Source of the DNA: Marsupella aquatica
Lineage: Eukaryota; Plantae; Marchantiophyta
Direction: 5' to 3'
DNA length: 64,000 nt
NCBI GenBank assembly: GCA_973895155.1
Contig: OZ316894.1
Coordinates: 26,149,240 to 26,213,239, forward strand
Part shown: positions 26,801-40,188 of the stretch, piece by piece
How positions within the stretch are numbered: position 1 is the stretch's first letter
Layout of the letters: every line of letters begins with the position of its first letter
Translations under genes and position numbers: made by a program
The notes under the pieces: generated by a model
The model's input: only the letters and a program-made list of their open reading frames with translations
The model's database searches: none
What the model was told of the DNA's origin: nothing

Positions 26801-29025
26801 TGAGGTGACCATGATGCACACACGACCACGTCTTCTTCGTCTGCCATGCTGGCTCTAAGTGCTAGTCACATACTTCCACCGCTGATTTTTTGTGCCTCTA
26901 CCACGAGGAACTTCCATGCATGGTCTCTCGAGATCTTCCAGGAATGTAGCATCCCTTGGAATTGTAACTCCCGGTGATGGATGACAGGACCCTCCCAGAA
27001 CACCTTCCGCTGCTTCCTTTCCCTTCTTCGAGGTTGTAGTAGCCATACTATGGAATGTACAACGAGAATCAAAGAATCAAAATATGAAATTAAAAAGCCA
27101 TGCACATCAAGAATCAAAGAACCAAAATATGAACTCAAAAAGCCATTGTTCGAGCTCGATATGGTCCATTAATAAAACCCTGTACACAAACGCGATGGTC
27201 GGCGAATGGTAATTTGCAGCAACCTGTGGTAGCGCTCAATAGGGCTGAGGCCAAGGAGTCGGAGGAATCGAATTTGGAGGGGTTGAAGAGTTTGTGACTA
27301 ATTGGTCGGAATTTGCCTCCAGTGGCTATCCCACAATTTATATCGAGCATTGACGGTTCGGAACCGGGTTCGGAAAAATCTTCAATTGCAAAACAAGACT
27401 GCAGCACAGAACCGAAACTTTGTCTGACCCCGTGTGTGACAGAATGGGTTTCTCAAGATCCAATTTTCCGGATTACTCTTCAAGCTACTTCGGAAGAGAA
27501 TTTCTCTGCGTTCCATTTAGTTCAAGGTATTCACAGAAAGTTGTCAGCAGATATATTTCAGAAGTTGGCCCTCGAATGTTGCCTTTCTGGTGCTTCGATT
27601 CCTGCGAAATGTTTCAGACTGAAGGCTTTCCTAGAACACAATCTTCTCAACCAAAATTTAGACTACAAACTGCCGTTACCCAATCAAGCTTCGAGACCAT
27701 GACCATCAGATGGACGAGGAAGAACGATTCGCAGTTGCTCAACGGACAGGATCTACGTGACAAATATGTCGCAGCTTGCATTCCACGGGCACACTCATGC
27801 GTGGGCACAGGAGACGAACAAATGAGAGGGAAGTTGAACCTTGTGCGCAAATCAGAAAACTGCGAGACAATATGTCTGGGTTCCACATTCTAATTGGAAG
27901 GTCTTAATGCAAAAACGGCGCGTAGCTGTCTCTACAGACTACACATCAATACTCCATGGAGACACACGGGCAGAAAGAACGATAGACCCCAAGACGGAAA
28001 ATACACACAAGAAACCATCGCGACTGATGAGGATGGAGAAGTGAGAGCTCGAAGTCGAAGATGGTGGGCCAGACAGCGAGCATCACCGATGGGTGCCCGA
28101 TGGCGCGCAGCAGCGATGGTGGAGCCGAGGGAGAGCACTCGACAGCGAAAACGCAGCTCCTTGTAGACTGATCGTCTCTTCTCGTCTCTAGCGAGCTCGT
28201 ACGGGACTACAGTACTACAGTGGAGGTGCAATTAGATGTGGGTTTTCGCAAGTAGGGGTCCCGTCAGCCAATCAGTACCCGGTTTATGCGGAGCTCACAG
28301 ACCGAGGTCTCCAGCGGGCCGGGTTAGAAATATGCTGAGGGCGACGGGGAGGGGTGGGTGATAGGGAGAGTGGGGTTTACGAGTTTAGGATCTGAGGATT
28401 TGCCACCAATTTTTGACACCCTTAGAAATGAGTGGGGCCAGAGTGCAGACCCGTCTCGCCACGAGTCTAATGAACGTTTGGTGGGCTGTTGAGGAAATTC
28501 AGTACTCTCTCATTGATTCCCAGTTCCACGGACAGGATGCAAAACAAATATGAACGAGCCGGACTCTATTGATAGGTTGAGCACTAACTGAGCCGATCTC
28601 TGCTGTCCGTCTGCCCTGCCTGACCCCAGTACTGGCCTGGCACGGACGACAATGATGATGAGGCGAGAAGCGATGTCTGGCCCAGACACGAGAATGCCAG
28701 ACCTGGCTCATCACTACCGTCGAACAGAGAGGACCCCGTTCCCCTTCCCTTCCATTCATTCTTTCTCAATGAACGGGGGCCCTCGCATTGAGGGCTGGCA
28801 GCCAGCTGGAGAGGAGAGAGATGCATAGTTACGAATTCGTTTGGATTGTTGATTGTTGAATTGGTCGATTCCGCTGGATTGGTCAAATTGTTTTCAGGTC
28901 CGAAGAGTTTCGGAAAGAGCGGCCTGGTTTCTAGGGGAGAGGGGAGAGGGAAGCAGTGACGCTGGTGTGGGTGGGTTTCACAGGCGAGCATTGTATGAGA
29001 GGTGGAGCAAGGAGAGATGTTGGGA

Positions 29026-32000
29026 ATGGCGTCTGCAGTAGCAGTGCAGCAGCTGAGCGTTGGATGCAGCACTACTAGTCATCTTCAAAGGAGTCATCAA
29101 GGGCCCTGCTCGTCTCCTTCTTCTTCTGCGTCGCCGTCAGTGTTGCCTTCTCCTTCTGCATCTGGCTGCCCCTCAGTTTCAAGCGGGTGTCCCCAATTAT
29201 CCTCCAGGTCAGGGAAGAAGAGCGCGACTCGGACAGCAGAGGCCTGTAGAAGAGGTCTGCGAACGTCTTCCTACACGAGGCGATGCGGAGGAGGTGTCTG
29301 CCGTGGAGTTGCGGTAATATCTGGATTTTAGAACTCTTGGCTTCCTCTTCCATCGTCGCAATTTCTAATATCTTCCCCCTCTTCGTCTGGTGGTTTCTAC
29401 ATCGTTCGTTGTTAGAGCCGAAGAAGTTGAAATCAAGCAGGAGGGATGGAATTGAGATCATGCATTATTTTTTCTTGCACAAGGACAGAATAGCCCTCTC
29501 TGAGCGGGGAGAGGAGAGGTTGTCCATGAGCGGTTCCTAACAACGGCGCGAAAATGATAGCAATGTGAAGCCTTGTGTGGTAGGGTTTGCAACCCGGGGG
29601 AACCTAGGGATTATGGGCTATAGTTTATTGCAAGGCTGAATTAAGTGCGCTTTGGAACAAGGTCGGAATCATCTTGGAAAATGGAAACTTCCAAGGGGAC
29701 ATCTATCTATCCATCCGGGGCTCGTTCTGATTCTCATATGCCCATCCAAGTTTGCACTTCCTTCCGGGTTGTGGTTGTCATTCACTGGCTTCAATAGAAT
29801 TGAGAGTCTTCTCACGTCTTGGCAGGGTGGTGAGGATGATGTAGGACCGTGGACTCATGACTTTCCACAGAGTGATGATGTATTGAAATCCAATAATCCG
29901 GACGATGTGGGGAGTGAAGGGACAAAGATTGAAGCAGGAAACACTGAATTGTTGCAGGCCAGTAGTAATGGTGCAGCCGGAGCAGCCGAGGCGGTTCTCC
30001 TCGGCCAGAAGACCTCCATTGGCGTGAGCAGGCCCCGTTCGAATGTGTTTGTCCAGACCGTTGGTGAACCCGTCGCCGTCATTGCCTCTGCTGTGGCGGC
30101 TTCTGCGGTCGCTGCTCCTCAGCAACATGGTCGGTCAGCGTGTCCTACATTGCGTTGCATTGCACTGAATAGCATACCTGTCGTTCGATTTCACTTCGGA
30201 TTCATGTTTGTTCACTGGTGGTTGTGACCTTGAAAATGTCTCTCACTGGGGATGAGTAGCCTCTCTTTTGAGGAACATGTTGCTCCGACAGTTCCTCATT
30301 ACATCCCGTACAGGTATTCAAGGAAATTGTGGTGAGGGAGGGAGATTCTAATCTGTTCATGACAATTAGGTGAATACATGGCGCCATCTCCTCCCCAGAA
30401 CTTCTCTTCTTTGGCTATCGAAATGACACTTCCTGCCTGCGTTTCAGCCAATTGCTAATGCAGTTCGCCCTTTCCTGGGTTGCAGAAGCTGGGCAGTCAG
30501 TGGACAGTGGGCTGCAAGGCTCTGTGTTGGCTCGCAGCGAGTTGGGCGACGATAATAAGAAAACTGACAATCCATTCAACATCGTCTTCGTATCATCGGA
30601 AGTTGCTCCATATTCCAAAACTGGGGGACTCGGAGATGTGTGTGGTGCACTGCCAGTTGCGCTGGCAGCCCGTGGACACAGGGTGATGGTGGTCTCCCCA
30701 CGCTATCAAAATGGAGTTAACGACCAGCTTTATGAGGCGGCCTTCGACGCCCAGTGCCGCATCAAGATCGCCTGCTTTGGTGGCTACCACGAAGTCGCGT
30801 ATTTCCACGAATATCGTCAAGGCGTAGACTGGGTACGGGACGACTGTTTGGTGTACGAGATTGTGATCGCGCTAGCGTCCCTATGCTTTCTATTGAAATA
30901 GTTAGCTAATGAAACTTCCCTCTTTTCTACTATAATCATGGACAGAGCACTGAAATTCCCATATACATGTTAACAATCCGGATTGACTATCTTCGTTTAT
31001 GGCTGGCCATGTCCTGATTTGTACTCACTTCCCCACATTATCTTTGGGGCCCAAAGTTCTTGGCTTTTTTTTCTTATCCTGTATCTTCGTCACGTAGTCA
31101 CACCATTGAAATGCATCCCTTACTTACGTATACCGAGAGGACCTTGTAGCAAAGTGTTTTGTCGATAGGCCCCGCTCTACTAGGTTTATGAGGAAAATTG
31201 TATTCCTGAATCGGGCTTTTTATTCACTGGGGTCCATCTTCTTCCAACGGCGTACTTCAGAAGTTGGATGACTTTTCACATGGTTTAGCCTGCCGAGCTC
31301 GTACAGACTGCAATTCCGCTCAGAGCTTTTAAAAAGAAAATATCATTGGAACCACAAATTGTCATCAATCCCTTCCTGAATCACAGATTCCTCTAGAGGA
31401 ATCTGTTTAGAGTGGCCCCTACAGCCCACAATACTCCTTTAGATGGTCATTTCTGGGTCAGCTTTGCCTCCAACCCCTAAATTTGTAAGCGAGTACTCAA
31501 TATACGGCAGATTGTTCGACTGGTTGGAAATTGAGAACCGATTTCAATAAGAAAATTTCTTGGTGTAGCATTGGGGTTCTAGATGTCTTGCAAACATCCC
31601 TGTTAGGTTTGCAAAACCATGGAACGTCATTCTCAGCGGACGCTGTTAAGAGCTGTCTGATGTTTGGGAATGATATTGCCATCTTACTCATAGCCCTCAA
31701 ACCTGCTACATTACTGGCTCGCAGGTGTTTGTCGATCACCCCTCTTATCATAGACCAGGAACACCTTATGGTGATACCCGGGGAGCTTTTGGGGACAATC
31801 AGGTATTGTAATGTCGAGCACTTCGAACCTATACCTCTGAAGTTGTTTGAAATGTTGATGGTAAGACATTGTGGCTAAGTTAGTGGTTTACCTTGAAGGT
31901 TTCCCATCGGCCTAAATCTTGACATATAGGGAAGTAAACGTTGCAACAAACCATTGCGGCCCATTCTTTCTTGGTTTAGGGTAGCTAACAGTTCAGACAT

Positions 32001-35000
32001 TTCTCGTGTTTCAGTTCCGTTTCACACTCCTTTGTCACGCTGCTTGCGAGGCTCCCCTTCAATTGCCACTTGGAGGAGTTGTGTATGGCGATAAATGCCT
32101 ATTTATTGCAAATGACTGGCACGCTAGCCTGGTACCTGTGTAAGTACTTCAGTGCCCTTTTACTGAACGAGGATATCTCTCTTTTCTAGCCTTAGTAGCG
32201 TGGACCCCAGGTTTCTCTCAACATTACTGAAGTGTGATGTGGGTTCAGTTATTTTATTTGTGGTAAATGGTGCAGCCTTTTGATAGAGGTCCTTATTTTA
32301 CTCGTCATTCAAGTGTCCCTAGTAAAACTTTTCCTAACGGTGATCTCGGGTGCAGGCTCTTGGCAGCCAAATATCGGCGCCATGATGTCTTTACTGGCTC
32401 GCGAAGTATTTTGGCCATTCATAATCTTGCACACCAGGTGTGAATATATTTTGTTTCGGCAAGTTGATAAGTTGTGCTGTAGGACTTTCTTAGGAGTTCA
32501 CTTGAGTGACGACTGATGGTTTCCTAATATTGTTCTGTATTGACCTAATTTTGTGTGATGTTTGTAGGGTGTCTCGCCTGGGACAACGTATGGGCATTTG
32601 GGGCTCCCTGAAAATTGGTACGGAGCCCTGGAGTGGGTGTTTCCAGAGTGGGCTAGATTACATGCTCTTGACAAGGGTGAAGCTGTGAACCATCTGAAAG
32701 GAGCAGTGGTTACTTCTGATCGTATACTGACAGTGAGCCAGGTTCAGTTCTCTTCTTACATTCCTCTGTAAGCGTAATCATGGAGTCAATGGAAGCTGAA
32801 ATTATCTTCTAGGTCGTTTAGGAAGAAAGATGCAGCCTGTAGAGGTTTGGGATGCATCAACAGGACAGTCATTGGTTGTGGATGATCAGTTGTTATCAAA
32901 TGTGTGAGTGTCGTCAGCTGGGAAGATTGAGGTTGTTTAAGAGTTCTACACGTGTGAAGCACAGTTTCGTATGTATCCGCTGTCGTCCCGGCTTTCATCT
33001 CGGGTTTAGTTCTTAGATTTAAGCACTCTGCAGGGTTACGCGTGGGAGATTACCACAAAGGAAGGTGGATGGGGTCTTGATGGACTACTGAGGAGTAGAA
33101 ATGCAGTAATCAATGGTAATAATCTTGGCATTTCTTTTGTCCTTAACCACTGAAAACTTCAGGGAGACTAGCTAATTAACACATGAAAATTAAAGATTGT
33201 CTTCATACCTCCGTGTTCAAGGGGTGTAGTGTGTAGTGGACTTCGTCATTATTTGGTGATCAGAACATGCAGACTAGGGTAGCATTTGCTCATGACTATT
33301 AAGCCCTCTCAGATTGAGGTTAAGCAGAGGGCTATATCTAAGTGAAGCCATGTACAGTCCAGAACTTAAGCAATGTGACCTGTGTCAGATCCATGGAACG
33401 TGATCGATGAGGGAATACAACACGATGGATTTTAAGTGGATTGTTTTAGATGTCGGGGCCGCTAGTGTATATTACCAGCTTATGACTGGCCTGTGGATAG
33501 TAACACAACTTTGCTCATGTGTGATGCACAGGTATCACAAACGGAGTGGATATAGATGAATGGAATCCTGCCGCTGACAAACATCTACCATCAGAGTTCT
33601 CCATTGATGATCTTACTGGAAAGGTGGGCTGGCAGAGACAAGGATTCAGTTCGATTTCGTTTGGAATTTCATGCCTGTTTTTGAAGATCTTATGCGATGA
33701 GCTTGATCTCTTCAGGATCTTATTCGATGCGCTTCATCTCTTCAGGATGCTACGATGTGTTTTCTGGTGCAAACAAATATTTACTAGATGAATAGTTGAA
33801 TAGTTGTATGGTTCTTGGTCTGCCTTTCTGAGCGACATTTTCAAACATCATTCCCGTACAAACGGAAACCTTTCATGGCTCTCTTATTGGAATGTAAAAT
33901 GTACATGATAATTGCAGGCAGAGTGCAAGGCTGCGCTCCAAAAGGAGCTTGGTTTTGCCGTCCGACCAGACGTGCCTCTGGTTAGTACTTAGGTGGAAGG
34001 ACTAGGTTTTGTTATTATTTGTCATTTGCAATTGGTTTGATTGGTCCGGTATCATCTGATCATGACCCTCCATGCCTGCCAGGTATAAAGCTTAGTTGAT
34101 TTGATGGAAGAGTAGGTCTTCATGATTCTTGCTTTAGTCCATCCCAAACGTATTCACTCGCTTGCATTTTCTTTAGCTCACAGGTACGTTATAACTAGAC
34201 GTTCTATTTAATGTGGCTGGTGGAGTGGTGTGAAATAGATTGGCTTCATTGGACGGCTGGACTATCAAAAGGGCCCTGACCTCATTCAAGCTGGCCTGCC
34301 CGAGCTGATGACTGATGACGTTCAAGTGGTACGCTCCAGAGAGATGAGCTTGATGCGAGCGATGGATAGAATGATTTTTTGGTTTAAAGCTCGAACTCTG
34401 TGAGGCCTTTTAGTATTGAGAGCGCTTTTCAAAGTTTCCAATTCTAGAAACGCTTCGCTGCGCTTCGATTGCGTCGAGAGCGCTCTGAACTAAACCCTTT
34501 AGCAAGATTTGGCCCTTGAGGGGAGTGAGAATTTAAGAGTTTTCCCCTCAATTGTTTTCCCATTTGAAATTGAACCAACGTTATCACAAAGACACATTTA
34601 CAACTTTTGAAGTTACTCTATTGACAAATGACTATCTACGCTGTGCTCTCTAACTGTGGTACAGGTTATGCTAGGAAGTGGGGATCCTGACTATGAAAAA
34701 TGGATGGCTTGGGCGGAGTCGGCCTACCCTGACAAATATCGTGGGTGGGTTGGGTTTAGTGTACCTGTCGCCCATCGGATTACAGCAGGGTACGTGAGCT
34801 ACACTAGAATTACTGCACTTATGTGAAATGTGATTGTTGGAGTTTGTTTGTAGACATGGTAAACTTGGAAATACTTCTTTTTCACAGGAATCCCTTACAT
34901 CTTTTTTTCTGAGAAGTAACGGAGGTTCCTTCTATATCTCGGGGTTCGATGTGTCTAATATATTGTTTTGCTTGCTTACATTTAACAGATGTACCCTCCT

Positions 35001-36172
35001 GTGCTGTAGAATCGTGACTTTTTCTTTTCGTGGGATCGTATTTCAATGCTGCACATTTTCATATCTGTCAGCAGTAAATTACGTACCAACTGACTCCCGT
35101 GTGTTAATGTGTTGCCAACTTTCCAGATGCGATATCTTGTTGATGCCATCTCGTTTTGAGCCTTGCGGTTTGAACCAGTTGTATGCCATGAGATACGGGA
35201 CTGTACCTGTTGCTCATTGCACGGGTGGCCTGAGGGTAAGGAACCTCTCCAAATAGAGTTGCAACGCTACCTCATGCTTTGACATTGATCCCAAATTAAG
35301 ATCCTCCAGAATTCCATGTCTTGAGATGTCTTGCAAGGCATACTTGATTTTGGTTTGCCGTATTTGTTAGATATAACTCGTTCTGATGCTACAAACATTT
35401 TCTCACCCAATCTTTTGACGTTTTGGAGTAAGTGACGTCACTGTGGCCAGGAGTGGGTTTCTACTTCGCGGTGATATGATCGTGTTCTACATTAGAAAAT
35501 AGCGTAGCATTTGTTTGAAGAACTCATTATTGTTCCTAATTCTGCAGAATACGGATAAGCGTAGTTCAAATCCTCAAGTCCCAAAGGTTTGCAGAAACTG
35601 TGCAGGAAATCGTGGACGGAAAAAGTAAAAGTCCGAAATGAAATGAAGAAAATAGTGAAAAAACTTCGATCCTAGACAAGTTATGTGGATTGCCTAGGAT
35701 CATCAAATTCTCTTGGCCGCTGAATATCGGTTTATATTCTGTCTTTTGTGCAGGACACAATTGAATGCTTCAATCCACTTGCAAATGGTGGAAATGGTGC
35801 TGGAACAGGGTCAGTGTTTCATTTCCAAAATTTGGTCTTCTTATCACGGCAATTTAACGTGCAAGATGCATGAATGGTGATGAAAATCAGAGAGTTTATT
35901 TGGATTGTGGACAAGGCGACTCTATCTTTGTAGTGGGCCAAGCAGAAAGTGACTACGTTTTGTGTCGTACTTTCAGATGGACATTCTCACCGCTTTCAAA
36001 GGATGCAATGATGGGAGCAATGTGGACAGCAATTGGCACCTACCGTCACGAGAAACAACAATGGGCAGGTATTATGCACCGGGGCATGTCACAGGATTAT
36101 TCATGGGACCGAGCAGCCCTGCAGTATGAGCAGGTATTTGAATGGGCCATGATAGACCCACCCTACGCGTGA
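29026..36172 (+). CDS. SS1: Soluble starch synthase I, plastidic (GT5 glycosyltransferase)
   Basis: 15 exons: 29026-29313, 29826-30129, 30486-30832, 31725-31802, 32015-32139, 32356-32437, 32568-32741, 33034-33115, 33532-33623, 33918-33980, 34239-34328, 34665-34789, 35127-35235, 35754-35809, 35977-36172. Transit peptide, [14 protein letters not shown] (ADP-Glc KTGGL), [66 protein letters not shown] and the SSI-type end WAMIDPPYA*. Confidence 0.95.
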
Positions 36173-38218
36173 TCCTGTGTCACGTTTGGTCCGGATCCAC
36201 CCATGCCTATGGCAAATCACAGCGTCATTCTACAATTTTCTAGAAGCAGTCTCGTGATCTCGTGGGTGGAGGGCTTGCTCTTTATCATGTCATGCCCCTG
36301 TTCTTGATCGTGCATTGACAAGTATGGGCACTACATGTCGGTTGATGAAAGATTCCCCCTGATTTAGTCCTCAGGTGGATGATGCTTAGAAGACTGGTCG
36401 GTAATTGTGGAGTTGTCTTATCGTTGGGCTGTGTACTACTCTGTCAATATTAAATTATTACGGGTTGACAGCTACAACTGTAAGTGTCTATTCCGCGCAG
36501 AGGGAATTGATCATGTAATATATCACCTGTTGAGAGAGAACTGATCTAGTGTATTGGAAGATCAATCTTCACTTTGTCATGAAGAGTGTCTATATTGTGC
36601 ATTCTTGAACGCACACTTGGTTGCCTTTTCTGTATGCTCGATATAATGGACGCCTATATTATTTTTGACCAACCGCCCACTCAATACAGGCCATAATCCT
36701 CGACCTATAAGTTGGTGTGGTTTTCAGCTGTGTACCTTTGTCAGTTGATTCCATATAGTTGCGTGACTTCATGAGCGTGCACCACATTTAGAGAAACCTT
36801 ACACCTAATGTGCGTAGCGTATGCGTTTTCCATCCTAACTTTCACGTACTAAAGTCAATCAATTACATTGAGTTTTCACCATTACTGTAGTTACAAAGTG
36901 AAGAGCTTGTGGCAGTCATTATCGACTTTTCTGTCTTGCATGGTGGCTGAGGGGGCCAGTTCAGCCAGAAACAGCCTAATTGTTCCCAGCTGGAATTGCA
37001 ACTGTTTGCTGGGCAAGGCTGCCAAATACCTTGAAAGAGACCTTTATCATGTGCGGAAGGGAAGCTGTTGTTCATTGTCTACATCTGCCATATTAAGAGC
37101 AATTCTGCAAGGTAAGGAAGCTCATCTCCTAGCAAGAAGAGAGTTTTAAGTACTGTAACACTTCCATGAAGAACATCAAAAGAAAATCTCATTCTAAGAT
37201 TCTCGCCCCGACTTTCTCTTAACTCTTTGGCTCATTTAGCGAGAGCAATCAAGTAAGGAATCAGGACACGTAGATGTTATACTTGTAAAGAAGTGACATT
37301 GCCCGCCTCTTCTACGACTTTTTCCAAAATCTTCTCGTTATCACTACGTGTCTATAAGCAAAATAAGCTAGCAAAACACTATGTTAGACACATAGAACCC
37401 CGAGCACACGGCCTACGCACACTTCAAGTCAGTTTCCCAGCATTGTTCCCAGACAAAAGTGCAGACCAAGCAATTAGCACGGAAGGGGTCGCAGATCAGT
37501 GAACCTCTCGTGGTTCTCACAAATGTATTGGAATTCAAAATGACAATGACCATCCGATCCTGTCCCGTACTCTCCTTGGGTTTCTGCCCCAACAAATTCT
37601 TTTCGCTCCGTGCATGGGACTGCTACACACTGGAACCCTCCAGCAGACTATCGAGGTTCTATCCTCAGCACCATCATTCTCCTGCTTGCCACGGCAGCAC
37701 CCAACCTAGAGATCTACTCAACGTTTTCAGGGACAGGCCGCAGTTTTGGACAATGGCCTGCGTGGCTCCTTTGCCAGCAACGATGCTATTGGGTTTCACC
37801 TACCTGGGGGGATGCCTGTAGAAAACGAGCTAGAAGAAATAGGACGAAAGGAAAACAAAGAACCATCCTCCACAAAGATTCCACCGATCCCTTCCAAATT
37901 CCATCCACTCCGGGCCAAGTGGAACCCACCAAACCGGGTCAGGCAGGGACCAAGCAGCACAAAATCACGGGCTGGGGTGCCTGCCTGGAAAACTCATTTC
38001 ATCATGGAAAACTCATTTATTGTTGCTGACACTACATGCTGCGTCATGCACGAATGTGAAAACATTAGAGTGTGTCTTCACATTTTCGTATGCAGCCAGC
38101 CATGCGCAGACACGCCTAAGAGCGCAATTTGTCAGAAGTCTCGAATGCAGCCGGTCATGCGCAGACATGCATATGAGCACAATTTGCCAAAAGTTCAATG
38201 TCTAAGAGAATCCCTGTC

Positions 38219-38473
38219 ATCACATGTGATTGTAGGGTAAAGAGGTAGTCCCACCACTGCGTAACGACTCGGGGAGTCACTACATCTGGAGCTATATAGT
38301 CACATGTGTAACTCGGGGAATCACATGTGTGACTCCGGGAGTCACTACATCTGGAGCTGTTTCATCACATGTGATTGCATACAGCCTCGGGAAGTCACTA
38401 CAGTAAATCTCGAGCTATATAGTCACACGTGTGCTATTTTATCACATTTTATTTGCGTACATACTCCTGGAGT
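38219..38473. repeat. Degenerate tandem array built from short palindromes (TCACATGTGA; GACTCCNGGAGTC)
   Basis: GGAGTCACTACATCTGGAGCT occurs twice with a third diverged copy. ATCACATGTGAT at 38219 and ~38365, GTGACTCCGGGAGTCAC at ~38329, CACACGTGTG at ~38424. Confidence 0.7.
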
Positions 38474-39150
38474 CAGATAGAGTGTCAACTACTGCCGCTC
38501 TTTGAACATGAATAGAGGTGACGCTCGTTGAGCATAAGTAGAGGTGAGTACATTCAAACTAGCTGCATCGTTTTCAGAGACTCACCCCAACTTCAGTTAC
38601 AACCAAGAGTCACAATCGAGACTTCCCGTGAGACACTAGACCCTGAAAATCTTTCTATTGTGATTATATAGTTAGATGTACGAACCTTTTTCGTAGATGA
38701 GATGCTTTGCACTTTTTTGTCTCCACTGCAACTTTTGCAGGATGCCTCGCCTACATCAGAGTCTGGTGGGAAGCGTGCTTCAGTCAAATATGTAGCCCCA
38801 CCGATCGGGTTTTCTGAGCAAGCGTAGTCCAGCAGTAATAGCCTATACTTGGCAAGTGATTTTATGACATCAAGGTTTAAAGTCTTAGCAACTTTTACCC
38901 AAACCCAACCCCAAAGCCCCTTTGCACGTGGGAAATTGGACGCTAAGGAGAAATTTGAGGCTTCTCTCTTCATCAGTAAGGGTTCCAAAGTGGAAACAGA
39001 GTGGGCAGCATCTAAGGCATGGGACCCAAACGATTGCAATAAATGAGTTTTTCAAGAATGTTGACTAAACTATGAGGTGAGAGTGACTATAGGATCCAAG
39101 GGCTTGCAATAAATAAGTTTTCCAGGACAAAAGATGCCCAATGTGCTGTT

Positions 39151-39295
39151 GGCTGCTAAAAGTAGGACCCCTGTAGCCTTGATGACTGTGACTATGCCAT
39201 GAGAATGACTGAGGCAGCAACAACCGGCTGCTAAAACTAGGACCCCTAAAGCCTTCATCCCTATGACCATGCCCTGAGAATGACTGCTGTGGCAC
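39151..39295. repeat. ~75-bp tandem duplication
   Basis: GGCTGCTAAAA(G/C)TAGGACCCCT..AGCCTT.AT..CT.TGAC.ATGCC.TGAGAATGACTG occurs twice. Confidence 0.8.
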
Positions 39296-40188
39296 AGCTG
39301 GAGATGCCCTTTAGAGACATTAAACCCCTAATGAATTTTCTTTTGTATTTTTCAGTGCGTTATAGAACAGAATGCACAGTACAGCTGGACTAAGATATTA
39401 TGCAATTTGTCATCTACTTGTATCTTGGTAGAAAGTGTAAAATCCTCACTACCGAGGTCTGTCTTCACGTGTGAAGAAAGGAAAACAGTACAAATAATAG
39501 TAAGAGTGATACATGTGCCTGAAATTCAAGTGTATTCACGCTGCATTACCTTATGGAGACAGTTTCCCAACAAATAGGAAAGTGGGTGTGATGAATATTT
39601 TCCTCCAGAACCATGGTCAATGGGAACAAATTGCATTACAGACAAGAAGTCGGCAAGAATTGCTTGGTCAATCGCTTGATGTACATGGATTTGAACCTTC
39701 GAAGAAAATTTGTTGTAGGGCGACTACCCTAAGACCCTTGGCCAACGGAAGGCTGGCAATTGATGCTTTACAGCATTTCTTTTAGCTAGCATATGTTTTT
39801 CCACATGACATTCCGGTGTGGAGATCAAGGGTGAAAACTCTTTTGTCCACCTTAAATGAAAAGATTTCCCTCGTGTTGACTTAGCAAAAGCTGTAAAGTA
39901 GGGCTCATCCTATATCCCCTTTTCTTTCTTGACAAAAGTTTATGCCAGTTTTTCTATTTACTACCTTGTTTGCTATATGGATCAACGTTCCTGCTAAGTC
40001 TGCTATGTCCTGCAGAATCCAATGTTCTGTGGACATTACATGCTCAGAGTACCGCACGCCCATATTCTTCGCAGAGCATAACATGACCACTTGACATGAA
40101 ACTGATCACTTGAATTACAATGCTTGACCTCCTGAATCGAATCGATCACTATCAAACTTGCACTTCAAAATTACGAAGTGTACATTTG

